Part shown: positions 53,201-63,051 of the stretch, one piece after another | Layout of the letters: every line of letters begins with the position of its first letter | Position numbering within the stretch: position 1 is the first letter of the stretch | IMG/VR virus record: IMGVR_UViG_3300020472_000011 | Coordinates: 1-64,000 of that record | DNA: 64,000 bases | From: an uncultured virus (IMG/VR IMGVR_UViG_3300020472_000011) | Taxonomy: Duplodnaviria; Heunggongvirae; Uroviricota; Caudoviricetes | Reading direction: 5' to 3' (one strand) | The notes under the pieces: generated by a model | Told to the model about the DNA's origin: nothing | Database searches by the model: none | Seen by the model: only the letters and a program-made list of their open reading frames with translations | Made by a program: the position numbers and the translations under genes

Positions 53201-54715
53201 ATCATAGGTTATACCACCATCTCCAGCCGCAGCACCTTCTGCACCAACAGAAATATCTGTTAATTGAATAAAGTTACCTACAACTGCTGGACTGAATGTG
53301 AATACACCAGTTATATCATTGTATGAAAGTGATCCACCACCAGTAGCAGTACCATTAGCACCTACAGAAAGATCTGTTAATGCTATACCTTCTCCTCCTC
53401 CACCTGCACTAGAAGCATTTACCCATTTACTAGTAGCAGCATCCCATTTAATAGTTTGTGTATCTTGTAGAGATGTAATATTAACATTGGCAAGATTATC
53501 TAAGTCAAAATCTAACCAATCAAGACCAGCAGCTCCATTAGCACCTAATACCTGTCCTAATGTTCCTTTATCACCACTAGCATCCTTTATGGTAGTACCA
53601 GCATTGAAGTACAGACAATTATCTGATTTATACCAAACAAGATCATTAGTACCACCCTTAAATGTAGCATCACCATCAGTAGTTGATCCATCAGAAGTGA
53701 CAGTACCAATAATATTCAATCCAGTAGATGCCAATTCAGCTACTGTAGTAGATCCAGAAATCCAATTAAGAGTAGTTGATGTTATATCAATATTACCAGG
53801 ACCACTATTAGGAGCAGAAATAATATCAAACTGTCCTTTCCTCTCCTGAAGGATTGACGTTGTGCCATCATGATATAACTGGATATCATCATGACTTCCT
53901 AATTTTAGTCTATTATCAGTAGTACTTGAACTATCACCAAATTCAATAGTCTTATTATTAACATCAAGATTACCACCAAGTTGAGGTGTTAAATCTTCAA
54001 CTATATCATTAATTCCTGATGCACCACCATCATCTGCTACAATGAAACTTGAACTAGATGCTTGATATTTAAGTATTTTACCGTCTGCTACTCCAGTTGT
54101 ATCAACATCACTATGATCATTAATACTATGAGTCGGTAATGATGTTATGAAAGAAGATAGATCTGGTGGAGTATATGTGAATACACCTGTGGCATTAGCA
54201 TATGATAATGCTCCACCAGCAGAAGCAGTAAGAGTATTGACAGAAAGATCTGATAATGCTACGTAGTTACTTACATCCTGTGGTGTGAATGTGAATACAC
54301 CAGTTAAGTTATTATATGAAAGTCCTTGATTACCAGCTGGCATCTGAGTAACAGAAATATCTGTTAAAGCAATCCAGTTAGCAGAGTTATCTGTTACTAC
54401 ACTATAATTTCCAGAACCATCAGTCTTCATCAGACCAGCAGTAGTGAAGTCTGCATCCTGAATAGCATCACCAATTGATGTTATAAAGTTTGATAAATCT
54501 GGTGGAGTATATGTCAGTACACCACTAGTATTATCATAAGATAAGTCAGCAGTACCTGCATTGAGTTTGGTAACTGATATATCAGTCAGTTCGATGAAGG
54601 TAGAGTTTAAAGTCGTCTGATTTGTCACAAACGTATCAAACTCAGACCCTATCTGGTTTATCTTCTGCCTTTGAACTTCAAAGGTATCAGTCTTATTAAC
54701 TACTATGGCTGCCAT
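50225..54715 (-). CDS. Long tail fibre (1496 aa) with repeats and a C-terminal Gly-rich domain
   Basis: DTFEVQRQKINQI N-terminus; 8x SY...GVFTYTPPDLS; 6x L.DL.DV...G.VLKW; 2x PQLGGNLD; VTVDTYGRVT; VVGGGGGAG tip; followed by a chaperone gene. Confidence 0.88.
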   Translation of the reverse strand: MAAIVVNKTDTFEVQRQKINQIGSEFDTFVTNQTTLNSTFIELTDISVTKLNAGTADLSYDNTSGVLTYTPPDLSNFITSIGDAIQDADFTTAGLMKTDGSGNYSVVTDNSANWIALTDISVTQMPAGNQGLSYNNLTGVFTFTPQDVSNYVALSDLSVNTLTASAGGALSYANATGVFTYTPPDLSSFITSLPTHSINDHSDVDTTGVADGKILKYQASSSSFIVADDGGASGINDIVEDLTPQLGGNLDVNNKTIEFGDSSSTTDNRLKLGSHDDIQLYHDGTTSILQERKGQFDIISAPNSGPGNIDITSTTLNWISGSTTVAELASTGLNIIGTVTSDGSTTDGDATFKGGTNDLVWYKSDNCLYFNAGTTIKDASGDKGTLGQVLGANGAAGLDWLDFDLDNLANVNITSLQDTQTIKWDAATSKWVNASSAGGGGEGIALTDLSVGANGTATGGGSLSYNDITGVFTFSPAVVGNFIQLTDISVGAEGAAAGDGGITYDDSTGVLTYSPPDLSGYLTGYTETADLQDVTTNGSTTNVATTIFTGGTGAARLDVQNAGAYAISLNASAGVGINTADGVGLYIGNLATNVWRASISGSTGDITGNKFVKTSGTSSQFLKADGSVDSSTYLTSIDITSENLNDLADVNAGTPTDGHVLKWDAGTSKWIAAADQTATGGSGISLTDLSVTTNAAGTSALSYNNGTGVFSYTPPDLSSVSTDLTVFSIGSNATASGGGGLAYNNTNGVFTYTPPDLSSYITGLSMGELDDVTITGSPAINSVLKWSGTAWINGTVATGGLDNVVEDTSPQLGGNLDCQTANVDFYTGGACFGGDSGSYAPRLYISHTTASGGTSFIDDASANGLNILYGSGASGKVVVKNRTGSTQLTINDANGVKVASKLDLSSATINDGTNTGSSGQVLTSTVTGVAWSNALTLSSLSVGSEGTASGDGSISYNNTNGVFTYTPPDLSDFLDTTTVLADLSDVVITGSPSAGQVIKWDQSTSKWTNQADASGAGAGGSNTQVQFNDGDALEGDSALTWNKSSDILTLTGQLAIPFDSTTTGTNPAIKIGAGGDWEAFHNGSSTCLRNQFGTYAIQNAADGQEMHLQAYGNIKIADMIGTNYVFCNDGASVDLYHAGTWKLKTHADGIEINGVIKDAQGDKGTSGQILSSTGSGLNWINAPSVSNAVLGDLDDVNISGSPSNNQFLRWNGSKWTNQTVTIGSGTVTQVTGGTGLTGTITTSGSLSLSSGVVSAGSYSSPTSVTVDTYGRVTSITAGSASSGSAGVYRVHQSASSGTLSINSNANGWLVIVVGGGGGAGVALGTSTQGVATGGGGGAGSVMWFYSKAEMGTGTMSWSIGSAGSSPASGISNGGAGGGSTFSTGSGGTGPSLSADGGNGSIFHGISTVCGDGGGPGNGTWVTYDGDTTAVMRGMDGSNGHAVEGSSTCKGGRPGFPVSPASGGSNWGRGASGAASNNTNWAQGGTAIDGICTIYEF
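51810..54520. repeat. Dispersed intragenic DNA repeats encoding GVFTYTPPDL
   Basis: ATCTGGTGGAGTATATGTGAATACACC identical at ~51809 and ~54161; near-identical copies at ~52448 and ~54497. Confidence 0.75.
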
Positions 54716-54914
54716 CGGACTTTATCAATTGTTTTAAGAGGGTCTTGAGTTCATGTAGTTCACTTTTAACATAGTCCAATTCATGCTCCATATTACGGTA
54801 CTTGTTTCTGGATGCTTTATATTTGGCAAAGGAAGACCTGTCAGTATTTATTATTGCACCTGTATTTACATCACGATATAGATGGTCTTCATTCTCAACT
54901 TTCAAATGATTCAT
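54696..54914 (-). CDS. Small conserved hypothetical protein
   Basis: KVE....LYRD..TGAIINTD...Y...R; coiled-coil tail; typical neighbour of the VrlC-like gene. Confidence 0.75.
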   Translation of the reverse strand: MNHLKVENEDHLYRDVNTGAIINTDRSSFAKYKASRNKYRNMEHELDYVKSELHELKTLLKQLIKSDGSHSS

Positions 54915-54915
54915 A

Positions 54916-57900
54916 TCAATAAGATGCTACTGCCCTCATATCTTGAATCTTAGGAACGAATGCAGGATTATTAGATTTCATAACAATCTTAATTGCATAA
55001 GAAGAAAATTCAGGTAGATTTTCTATGCTGTAAGATAGTTCTTGATATGATGATTGTTTCTCTGTAATACCACTAATAGAATTTTCAGAAGAAGCAATAG
55101 TATCAACATCAGGTTCACCTGAAGTATTGAAATAAATCCATTCAATATCTTCGAAGTTTTCCTGTGAGGAAGACTTCTTGAGTTTATAAAGTATCTGCAA
55201 ATTCTTAGTATCAGTTACATTAGCAGTGAGTTTTACATCAATAGATGTAGCTGGATTTTCAATAGAAATCTCTTTAGTGACATATTTAGAAATTCCAGAA
55301 CTATTCTTAGACTGTAACTCAGAAATAAAGTCAATACCATCATCGTATGATACATGAGAGACTTCAATGAAACTTGCTTCATCTACTGGTTGATTTGGAT
55401 ATGAAATCAAATCACCAACTCTAAAGATATCATTCAACTGATCATCTACACTAGCATTTCTATCGAAACTACTACTATCAATAAGTCTTCCAGTATAATC
55501 ATTATTAATTGGTTGCTTATCATTAACAGTAGTTAATTCAGCAGACTTAGTATTCCACAATACTATCTTACCAGAAATCTTATTGTCATATGTTTGAGCT
55601 GGAACTGATGGGTTCCTTGCAGTTACATATGTTGGAGGTGTAGTAGTATTTGGTATATCAAACTCAAACTTAGTAAGACCACCTGTTCCAACTTTAATAT
55701 CACCAGCAAAAGTATCACTACTAAATGTCAATACTTCTCCAGCAACAAATGTATTAACAGTTGTTATTTTAACAAACACAGTACTACCATCAACCTTGAC
55801 AATAGTTCCTTCTGCTTTAGATGTAACACCAACAATAGTTTGACTATTGTTAATTATTTCAGCACCTTGTAGACCAGAAGCAGTGAATGAATATACAGGC
55901 AAGAAAGTTACAATTTGATTTCTTCTACCATAACGATCCTCTGAACCTGTAGCAGATTCAATACGATTAGTAATAGTCTTGACAGATGCTCTTGAAAGAT
56001 CAATAACTGGTGAAAGATGAGTAACAGTACTTGATAGATCAAGTTTATAAAGTAATGAATTGTCAATACCATTAGCAGTTTCATTAATCTTAGAAGCAAC
56101 AATCTTCTGATTAATAAAATAGAAGTCTTCATTTAAGAAAGTCTTCTCATAATCAGTTTGTGAGTATGATATAAAGGTTCCAACATTATCATCTATTGGT
56201 GAAATATTTGTAGTCTTAACAAAACTATCAATCTTAGTTTGACTGAAAGTTAAGTTAGATACAGAAGCAAATACCTTTTCAAACTTTCTATTGTATGTCG
56301 CTAGTACATTTGTACCACCACCAAAGGAATTACCAGATGCCCTACTAGCTCCAGTGATGTTATAGTAATCAACACCAGTATTAGAAACCTTATAAAGATT
56401 ACTGTTTAGTGAGGAAGCAGTTACACCACCAACATCAACTGCATTCTTGAAGTAAACCCATGACTTATCAACATCAAAACCATTGTCTCTATGGTTAACC
56501 TTAACAACATAATTGTTATTCTTGAATAGTGTTGATGTAGCAGTAGTATTTGCTTCTGCATTAGTTTCAATAGGATGATGGTCAAGTGGTTCAAATCCTA
56601 GATCAGCATTAGAAAGTAGTAAACTTGCAGTTCTGCTAATATCAAACTCTGCACGATTCAATACAAACTTAACATCTTCAAATATATCCTCAGTCCAATC
56701 ACCTGTGTTTTGTGATCTGAATAGAGATCCCAAAGATGGTTGAGTTGTAACAATTTGACTAGTAGCAATTTCAACTCCACCTAATTGAGAAGACCATAAT
56801 TCATAATCAACTGAGTCTGTCTCAATAGCAAGAGCATATTCAGTATCGTTCTCAAGATATACAGGGAAATCAAATTCAAACTTAGTAGGAGTTATAGATT
56901 GTGTTTCTCCTTCTATATCAATAGCAACACCCATTCTAACTGCTGGTGTATCAATAATAATTTGAGATTCAATTACAGCACCAGCATTACCAGATCCTGT
57001 TCCTCTAAGAACAATAGATGGTGGTTCAGTATAACCAGAACCAGAAAGTGTCATCTCTGCATCATATACAAGACCCTGTGAAACTCTAACTGTAGCAGTA
57101 GCATTACCACCACCAGGAAGTTGTGGACTTTCAATAGTGATAATAGCAGAATCATATCCACTACCTGTATTGACAACATTCAATCCAGTTACACGACCAG
57201 AATCCTTAGCAATAGTTAATGTAAATTCTGTATTGTTAGCATTATTATTTTGTGTAATAGATGTAACGTTTAATAGTTCATCTTGTACAAAGTTCTTACC
57301 GTTGTTGTTATCCAAGACAACTGTATACACCTGATCATTCGTGAGTGTATATAAACCTGTTGTACTAGCAACAATTTCAATATTATTTTTATCAATTACC
57401 TTACTGATAGGACCAGAAGCATTTGATTTAGATCCAGTTACATTCTCACCTTTAGTGATCGTAAGTGTATCACTTGCGACTACTTTTAAGAATGTCTCTG
57501 GTGTCAATACCTTTTGAGTACCAGGAATAATGTTCTTACCTGGCTTTCCACTAACAACATCAGTTAAATAAACTCTCAATGGAATATTATCACTCTTCTT
57601 ATTAAAGAATAGATCTAGACTTGTTACAAATGCACCACCGTCAAACCCATCAACCAAGAATGTTTGAGCGAATGGATTTGGTCTTATAGGATTCTGTGTA
57701 TTGCTACCTACAATCTGTGTACCTTCATTTGCTTTAAAGAATGCAGGTCTTGTAGATATAATAGAAGAAGGATTCTCAGGTACTATACCAGTAGCATAGA
57801 ATTTTACTTCAGCGAATGTCTCTACAGACTCTGTTTCAGCATCAGTTGAACTAGATGTAAATCTAATTGTCTTAACACCTGTGCTGAACCTTAATTCATC

Positions 57901-60900
57901 AGCATCGGTATCATATGATACAGTATCAACACTACCAGACCATACAGCATTCTCTCTAGGTGGATTACCAGCAGGAATAAGAATAACACCACTAGCATTA
58001 CCATTATTATCTGTAGTAATAGCACCATTAAATGCTGATAATGAGTTAGCAGCAATACCAGTATACTTAAGGTCAGGATTTACCCATCTAGCAACATCTC
58101 TACCTTCCATAAAGACATAAACCCTTGTATTTGGTTTTAGTCTATTAATTTTAAATTTAACAGGAATACTTCTAGCAAAGTATGATAATGATGTAGCAAC
58201 AACATTTGATCCTACACCCTTAGTTACTAGTCCCTTACCAACTTCATTGTTTTGTGGACTAATATTTGAAGATGTACCTACACTAGCAGTAGCAACATTA
58301 GAATCTGCAATACTAGAGTTAACTTCGGCAAATGATCCAATATTATAGAATGCTTGGTTAGCACCTAACCAATTAACTTTATATGAATTATAAAGACTTG
58401 AGAATGCTTCTTTTAAGTTTTCCTTAGCAAGGAAAATAGAATATAGATTAGTGTTGTTATCTGTTACCAAAGGTTCAACACTACTGTCATACCAAGAATC
58501 TACATTAGGACCAATAAAGGAATCTCCAACATACTGAAGAACAACAAATGGGTTAGGATTAACTGTCTTAGTAGCAAAGTTGTTTCCTAGTAATTCTAAT
58601 TCGTGATATGGTAGAGTAACTACATCACCAGACTTCTGATATCCAGAAACAGATCTCTGATCATCTCTAGTATTAACTTCAACTAGATCAATAGAATCTT
58701 CTTTTGCCTGTGAACGCAATACAGATTGTTGTGTATCAATAGAACACTTATAATCTAATGACTTTAAGGATCCAATCCTATGAGTCTCAAAATTGTCCAC
58801 AACGAAACCACTCTTAAAGCGATTGACACCAGCAGAATCAGTAATCTGCATATTCAGTGCTTGTTGCTCAAGAATGCTTAACGTTGTGTAATATTCTAAT
58901 CTCTCAATACGTTTCTCCAACTTACCAATGTCACGCATTGTGTAACGACGGTTATCAACTGGAGTAATTCTTACATCCTTACCTGTCTCTGTGAAAGCAG
59001 GGATGTACATATAATACAATGCAATAGCATCACTAATAACATCTGGTTTAGATGGGTTAAGTGATGAATTACCTTGTTTAATAATGAATTGACCTTTCTT
59101 ATTCAAGAACAATCCATCAATCCTATCAAGATATTGTGTCTGTGTAAATGAGAATGTATATTCTAACCCAACATCAGGAGCAGGAGTACTAGAAACAATA
59201 CCACCAGTTCCAGTGAATGATCTAGCATTAGGTGCAGACAACAATGATGTATTCTGATATCCACCTATGATTGCATTGTTATCTACTTTAGGTCTAAAGT
59301 CTAAAACATCCTTAAGTGATATCTTACCAAGTACAGGTGAGTTAAATGATGGAATCTCTTCTGAACCAACACCAGCTTCATGTAAATATGAATCTACTGT
59401 AATAAAATCTCCAGAAGTATGGTCAAAGTAATCAAAAGCAATTACTAACTGACCTGTTGGTGCTTCGAAACCTGGTTTGATGACAAGTCTAGAGATATCA
59501 TATATTGTGTCTCTTTGACCATCGTCAAATGTAAACCTATTAGTAACATCAGTACCAGTAACCAAGTTACCTGACTTATCAACTACAGGAGGTGTTGAAC
59601 TAGATCCTTCATAGACATACCTCAAGTTAAATGCATCAGCATAACTGTATACATCTAAAGACTCTGTATCATAGTCTCTACCTCTGAAAGGTATAATTTT
59701 ATCTCCAAGAGCTTCAACAATAATTCTCTTGTTTAAATTTGCTGTCTTAAGTCTTGGTTTTGCTTTAGTAACTTCAAGAGTAGCAGTTAACTTAAGTGTT
59801 GGATATGTTGTATATGATGCAGATCCAAAATAGTTTGCAGGTAGATTCAACTTAACACTACCAGATGTCAAACCACTAGCAGCATCAGTAGATGCCTTTA
59901 TCTCAACTTGATCTGAAGTAATGAAAACTATATCACCAGCAGTAACATCAGGAGCATCTCCTGCATCAAGTATTGTGATTAAGAAGTTACTTTCACTAAA
60001 TGATACAAATCTTTGAGTTCCAAATGGGAGTTGAGCAGCAAAAGTAATAGAACCAGAACCACCAGAACCAGTAGATATAAAGTCTCTTCTGAGATAGTAG
60101 GTAATCTTAGAATCATCAGGAGATGCAACAATAGAACTTATCTGATTAGAACCAGTCTTATAAAGTAAAGTTCCTTGATTGAAGTTCTCAATAGATGGTC
60201 TTACTCTAACAACACTAGCATTAGTAACATTATTAGGTAATGATCTATCTAAGTAAATCCTTGATTTATATACACCAGCAGGTTTAGTAGATTGTTGTAC
60301 AACACCTCTTACAAGATTTCCAGTATCATCTGTAAACTGAACCAAATCTCCATGAATAACAAATGTTGTTGCATTTCCACCAAATCCTGTACACTCAATA
60401 TACTTTCTTCCTTTGTTTCCACTGAAAGTAAAATCAGTTACTGAAACAACCTCAGAATACTTTTCTTTGTTAATCTCAATATCTGCTGTGAATGTATTAG
60501 CATTACCAGATCCAAATTGAGAGTAGAATGACTTAACATTCTGTGGGGTATATGTTGTAACAGCATTCCTTACCAATACTGGAGTTACAACTGCTTGACT
60601 GGTTGAACCAGTATCAACAATTTCAACTAATGGTGGTTGTGAGTATTCAACTAAAGCAGCATCTCTATTAACAATAGAAACTCTCCATACTAACTGGTCA
60701 CCACTAACATCAACCTTTATTTTGGAGTTATCATACTCAACACCATCAACTCTAATAGTAGCATCAAGTGAATGATTTGCTCCTCTACTATTAACAACAA
60801 AATGTGATATAGTATTATCTTTAGCGATCCTCAATGTATTGCCACTTTCATCAGCAATAACTTCACCACTCTTAAATACACCAAATAAACCTTTAACCAT

Positions 60901-63021
60901 AAGGGTTTTATTTGAAGTATATGATCCTGTAGATGTTCCTTCTATGACACCATAAGCACCACTAGCAAGACCTCTAACATATTGTCCTGGACTAAAACTA
61001 CCAGAGATTGAAATCTTATCATCTAACTGTATCTTAGTAAAGAAGTTAGGATCAAAGTAAGATAGTCCAAATGTACTATTATATGTTGCATCACCATTTG
61101 ATAGTCTTCCTTTAGATACCACAATATCAGTATCAGAATTGAATCCAGCACCTCTCTCTAATAGAGTATAGTTACTAGGTTTTGCTATACCTATAACTGG
61201 AGTAATTGTGTCGTTATAATCAACAATCTTACCAAAAGGAACAGAACCAGGTGTCTCAGCATCATTCTCATTGATGTAGATAAACCTGTACTTATTAGCA
61301 TCAGTCTCATCATATTCAATAAGAAAATCATCTAGAAGATCTTTTTGTGCAGTTACAGTTATTTCTAGGAATGTAACTGTATCATCTGGGTTTGCTTCTA
61401 TTCTAGGAACTTTAGAATAAGATAGGACATTAAAACTATTTGCTATAATAGTAGTTCCACGTGATTGAATATACCAAAGAGTTGGAATACCATCAGCAGT
61501 AGTTCTAAAGTTAGCACCAGTAAGACCTGCTACACGTGTTGCATAGTTATTATCAACTTCAATATAGATTGTTTTGATACCTTGATTAATATCAAAGAAA
61601 GAACCTCTCCTATTAATAGTCTGCTTAGGATCAGTATCCATCTCAGTATTATTCATACCAATAGATCCGTCATTAAATGCAGCAGACAGAAATACATTAG
61701 GGTATGATGTAAGTTCAGATCCTTCTGAGTTTACTGGTATCGAACTGTAGTTATTAGTAATTCTATAGGTTGGTAGACCTTTAGTTTTAAGACGTATATC
61801 TTCTCTGTTTAGAGTTTCACGTGCTTTATCAACGTCAATATATTTGGTCTCTTTGTTGACAATCTCGTAACCCTTAATATATGCCTTACCTGGACCAACA
61901 CTAGCAACTAACTTCTTACCAGCATCAGATTCCGATAAACCATTTACTAGACCCTCTGCATCCTTTCCATAGATACCAAGATTACCATTCTTCTGATAAT
62001 ACTCCCTTACATCAAGAGAGAAGTTGTCAACAATATAATCACCAGACTCATCATAAGTTCTACGTGCAAGAGTCTGTTCTAATAGATTATAATCAGTTTG
62101 TGTTACTTGTGTTTGTACTACACCATTCTTTATTTGGAGTAGTTTTATAAAATTCTTATCTGTCTTCTCGTCTAATGAGTATACAACGAGACTCAACTTG
62201 ATACTTAACCTATGTGCTCCAGGCGCAGAATAATTTGAAGATCCTATTGAATTGTCATATAGACTTGCATCTTCTTCAGGAGTTACAATACTCTCATTAA
62301 TTTTAAATCCAACTTTAGCAGATGGAGAATTATAATATTTGTCGATGACCAATAACTGTGCATCGTTTCTTACAAAATACCCATTAACAAAATAAATTCC
62401 TTCTTCTACTTTAACAGCAGAAGCATATCCCATTGCAGGACTCTCTAATGACGACGATGTACCTGTGTCAGGATCAGTAATAGAAATACTAGTAGGAAGT
62501 ACGCTTCCATCGGTTCCCACCACCATCAGTGGCGTATTAACACCGTCTACAACCTCTAAGGTCTCACCTTGACGGAATGTTTCCTCATTACCTGCATCAC
62601 CACTGTTAGTGTATGTAACATATAATACATCAGCAGCAGTTTCTGTTGCAGTAGCAGATTGAAGGATAGTTGCAATAACTCCAGAAGTTAATCCTCTAAC
62701 CTGACGATTTATTAATTGTGATACATCATATTTCTTATAAACTATCTGACCATTTTGGTTTGTAGGTATCTCAGATACTGAAGATAGTTTAACAAAATGT
62801 AATTTGTTATTAAAACCAATTTCACCAGGAATAACTAATTCACCCTGTTTAAACGCATACTTACCAAACTGCTCAATTTGATTTTGCAGTAATGACTGAA
62901 GCTGCGTTAACTCTCTCGCTTGGATAGAATATCCAGGTCGAAAGAGTACTTTGTAAAAGTTTTTGTCAGTATCAAAATCGTCGTGATATGGTGCGACATT
63001 AAGGTTCGTCTTTTGAGGCAT
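54916..63021 (-). CDS. Very large baseplate-associated structural protein (VrlC/DUF4815-like, 2701 aa)
   Basis: MPQKTNLNVAPY.DDFD..KNFYKVLFRPG..IQARELTQLQS.LQNQIE, APGAHR, LARRTYDESGDY, RYTMRDIGKLEKRIERLEYYTTLS.LE, RFKSGFVVDNF. Confidence 0.88.
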   Translation of the reverse strand: MPQKTNLNVAPYHDDFDTDKNFYKVLFRPGYSIQARELTQLQSLLQNQIEQFGKYAFKQGELVIPGEIGFNNKLHFVKLSSVSEIPTNQNGQIVYKKYDVSQLINRQVRGLTSGVIATILQSATATETAADVLYVTYTNSGDAGNEETFRQGETLEVVDGVNTPLMVVGTDGSVLPTSISITDPDTGTSSSLESPAMGYASAVKVEEGIYFVNGYFVRNDAQLLVIDKYYNSPSAKVGFKINESIVTPEEDASLYDNSIGSSNYSAPGAHRLSIKLSLVVYSLDEKTDKNFIKLLQIKNGVVQTQVTQTDYNLLEQTLARRTYDESGDYIVDNFSLDVREYYQKNGNLGIYGKDAEGLVNGLSESDAGKKLVASVGPGKAYIKGYEIVNKETKYIDVDKARETLNREDIRLKTKGLPTYRITNNYSSIPVNSEGSELTSYPNVFLSAAFNDGSIGMNNTEMDTDPKQTINRRGSFFDINQGIKTIYIEVDNNYATRVAGLTGANFRTTADGIPTLWYIQSRGTTIIANSFNVLSYSKVPRIEANPDDTVTFLEITVTAQKDLLDDFLIEYDETDANKYRFIYINENDAETPGSVPFGKIVDYNDTITPVIGIAKPSNYTLLERGAGFNSDTDIVVSKGRLSNGDATYNSTFGLSYFDPNFFTKIQLDDKISISGSFSPGQYVRGLASGAYGVIEGTSTGSYTSNKTLMVKGLFGVFKSGEVIADESGNTLRIAKDNTISHFVVNSRGANHSLDATIRVDGVEYDNSKIKVDVSGDQLVWRVSIVNRDAALVEYSQPPLVEIVDTGSTSQAVVTPVLVRNAVTTYTPQNVKSFYSQFGSGNANTFTADIEINKEKYSEVVSVTDFTFSGNKGRKYIECTGFGGNATTFVIHGDLVQFTDDTGNLVRGVVQQSTKPAGVYKSRIYLDRSLPNNVTNASVVRVRPSIENFNQGTLLYKTGSNQISSIVASPDDSKITYYLRRDFISTGSGGSGSITFAAQLPFGTQRFVSFSESNFLITILDAGDAPDVTAGDIVFITSDQVEIKASTDAASGLTSGSVKLNLPANYFGSASYTTYPTLKLTATLEVTKAKPRLKTANLNKRIIVEALGDKIIPFRGRDYDTESLDVYSYADAFNLRYVYEGSSSTPPVVDKSGNLVTGTDVTNRFTFDDGQRDTIYDISRLVIKPGFEAPTGQLVIAFDYFDHTSGDFITVDSYLHEAGVGSEEIPSFNSPVLGKISLKDVLDFRPKVDNNAIIGGYQNTSLLSAPNARSFTGTGGIVSSTPAPDVGLEYTFSFTQTQYLDRIDGLFLNKKGQFIIKQGNSSLNPSKPDVISDAIALYYMYIPAFTETGKDVRITPVDNRRYTMRDIGKLEKRIERLEYYTTLSILEQQALNMQITDSAGVNRFKSGFVVDNFETHRIGSLKSLDYKCSIDTQQSVLRSQAKEDSIDLVEVNTRDDQRSVSGYQKSGDVVTLPYHELELLGNNFATKTVNPNPFVVLQYVGDSFIGPNVDSWYDSSVEPLVTDNNTNLYSIFLAKENLKEAFSSLYNSYKVNWLGANQAFYNIGSFAEVNSSIADSNVATASVGTSSNISPQNNEVGKGLVTKGVGSNVVATSLSYFARSIPVKFKINRLKPNTRVYVFMEGRDVARWVNPDLKYTGIAANSLSAFNGAITTDNNGNASGVILIPAGNPPRENAVWSGSVDTVSYDTDADELRFSTGVKTIRFTSSSTDAETESVETFAEVKFYATGIVPENPSSIISTRPAFFKANEGTQIVGSNTQNPIRPNPFAQTFLVDGFDGGAFVTSLDLFFNKKSDNIPLRVYLTDVVSGKPGKNIIPGTQKVLTPETFLKVVASDTLTITKGENVTGSKSNASGPISKVIDKNNIEIVASTTGLYTLTNDQVYTVVLDNNNGKNFVQDELLNVTSITQNNNANNTEFTLTIAKDSGRVTGLNVVNTGSGYDSAIITIESPQLPGGGNATATVRVSQGLVYDAEMTLSGSGYTEPPSIVLRGTGSGNAGAVIESQIIIDTPAVRMGVAIDIEGETQSITPTKFEFDFPVYLENDTEYALAIETDSVDYELWSSQLGGVEIATSQIVTTQPSLGSLFRSQNTGDWTEDIFEDVKFVLNRAEFDISRTASLLLSNADLGFEPLDHHPIETNAEANTTATSTLFKNNNYVVKVNHRDNGFDVDKSWVYFKNAVDVGGVTASSLNSNLYKVSNTGVDYYNITGASRASGNSFGGGTNVLATYNRKFEKVFASVSNLTFSQTKIDSFVKTTNISPIDDNVGTFISYSQTDYEKTFLNEDFYFINQKIVASKINETANGIDNSLLYKLDLSSTVTHLSPVIDLSRASVKTITNRIESATGSEDRYGRRNQIVTFLPVYSFTASGLQGAEIINNSQTIVGVTSKAEGTIVKVDGSTVFVKITTVNTFVAGEVLTFSSDTFAGDIKVGTGGLTKFEFDIPNTTTPPTYVTARNPSVPAQTYDNKISGKIVLWNTKSAELTTVNDKQPINNDYTGRLIDSSSFDRNASVDDQLNDIFRVGDLISYPNQPVDEASFIEVSHVSYDDGIDFISELQSKNSSGISKYVTKEISIENPATSIDVKLTANVTDTKNLQILYKLKKSSSQENFEDIEWIYFNTSGEPDVDTIASSENSISGITEKQSSYQELSYSIENLPEFSSYAIKIVMKSNNPAFVPKIQDMRAVASY

Positions 63022-63051
63022 TGCAACCAGTCTCTAATAACGGTGGGTAAA

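Noticed and set aside
917..61707. Numerous 60-196 aa plus-strand ORFs antisense to structural genes (e.g. 21792-22382, 8641-9072, 52464-52961, 53298-53849)
   Set aside because: They are antisense shadows of well-supported minus-strand genes, rich in Pro/Val/Ala/Ser as expected from Gly/Thr/Ala codons, with no motifs. Only hldD is credible on the plus strand.
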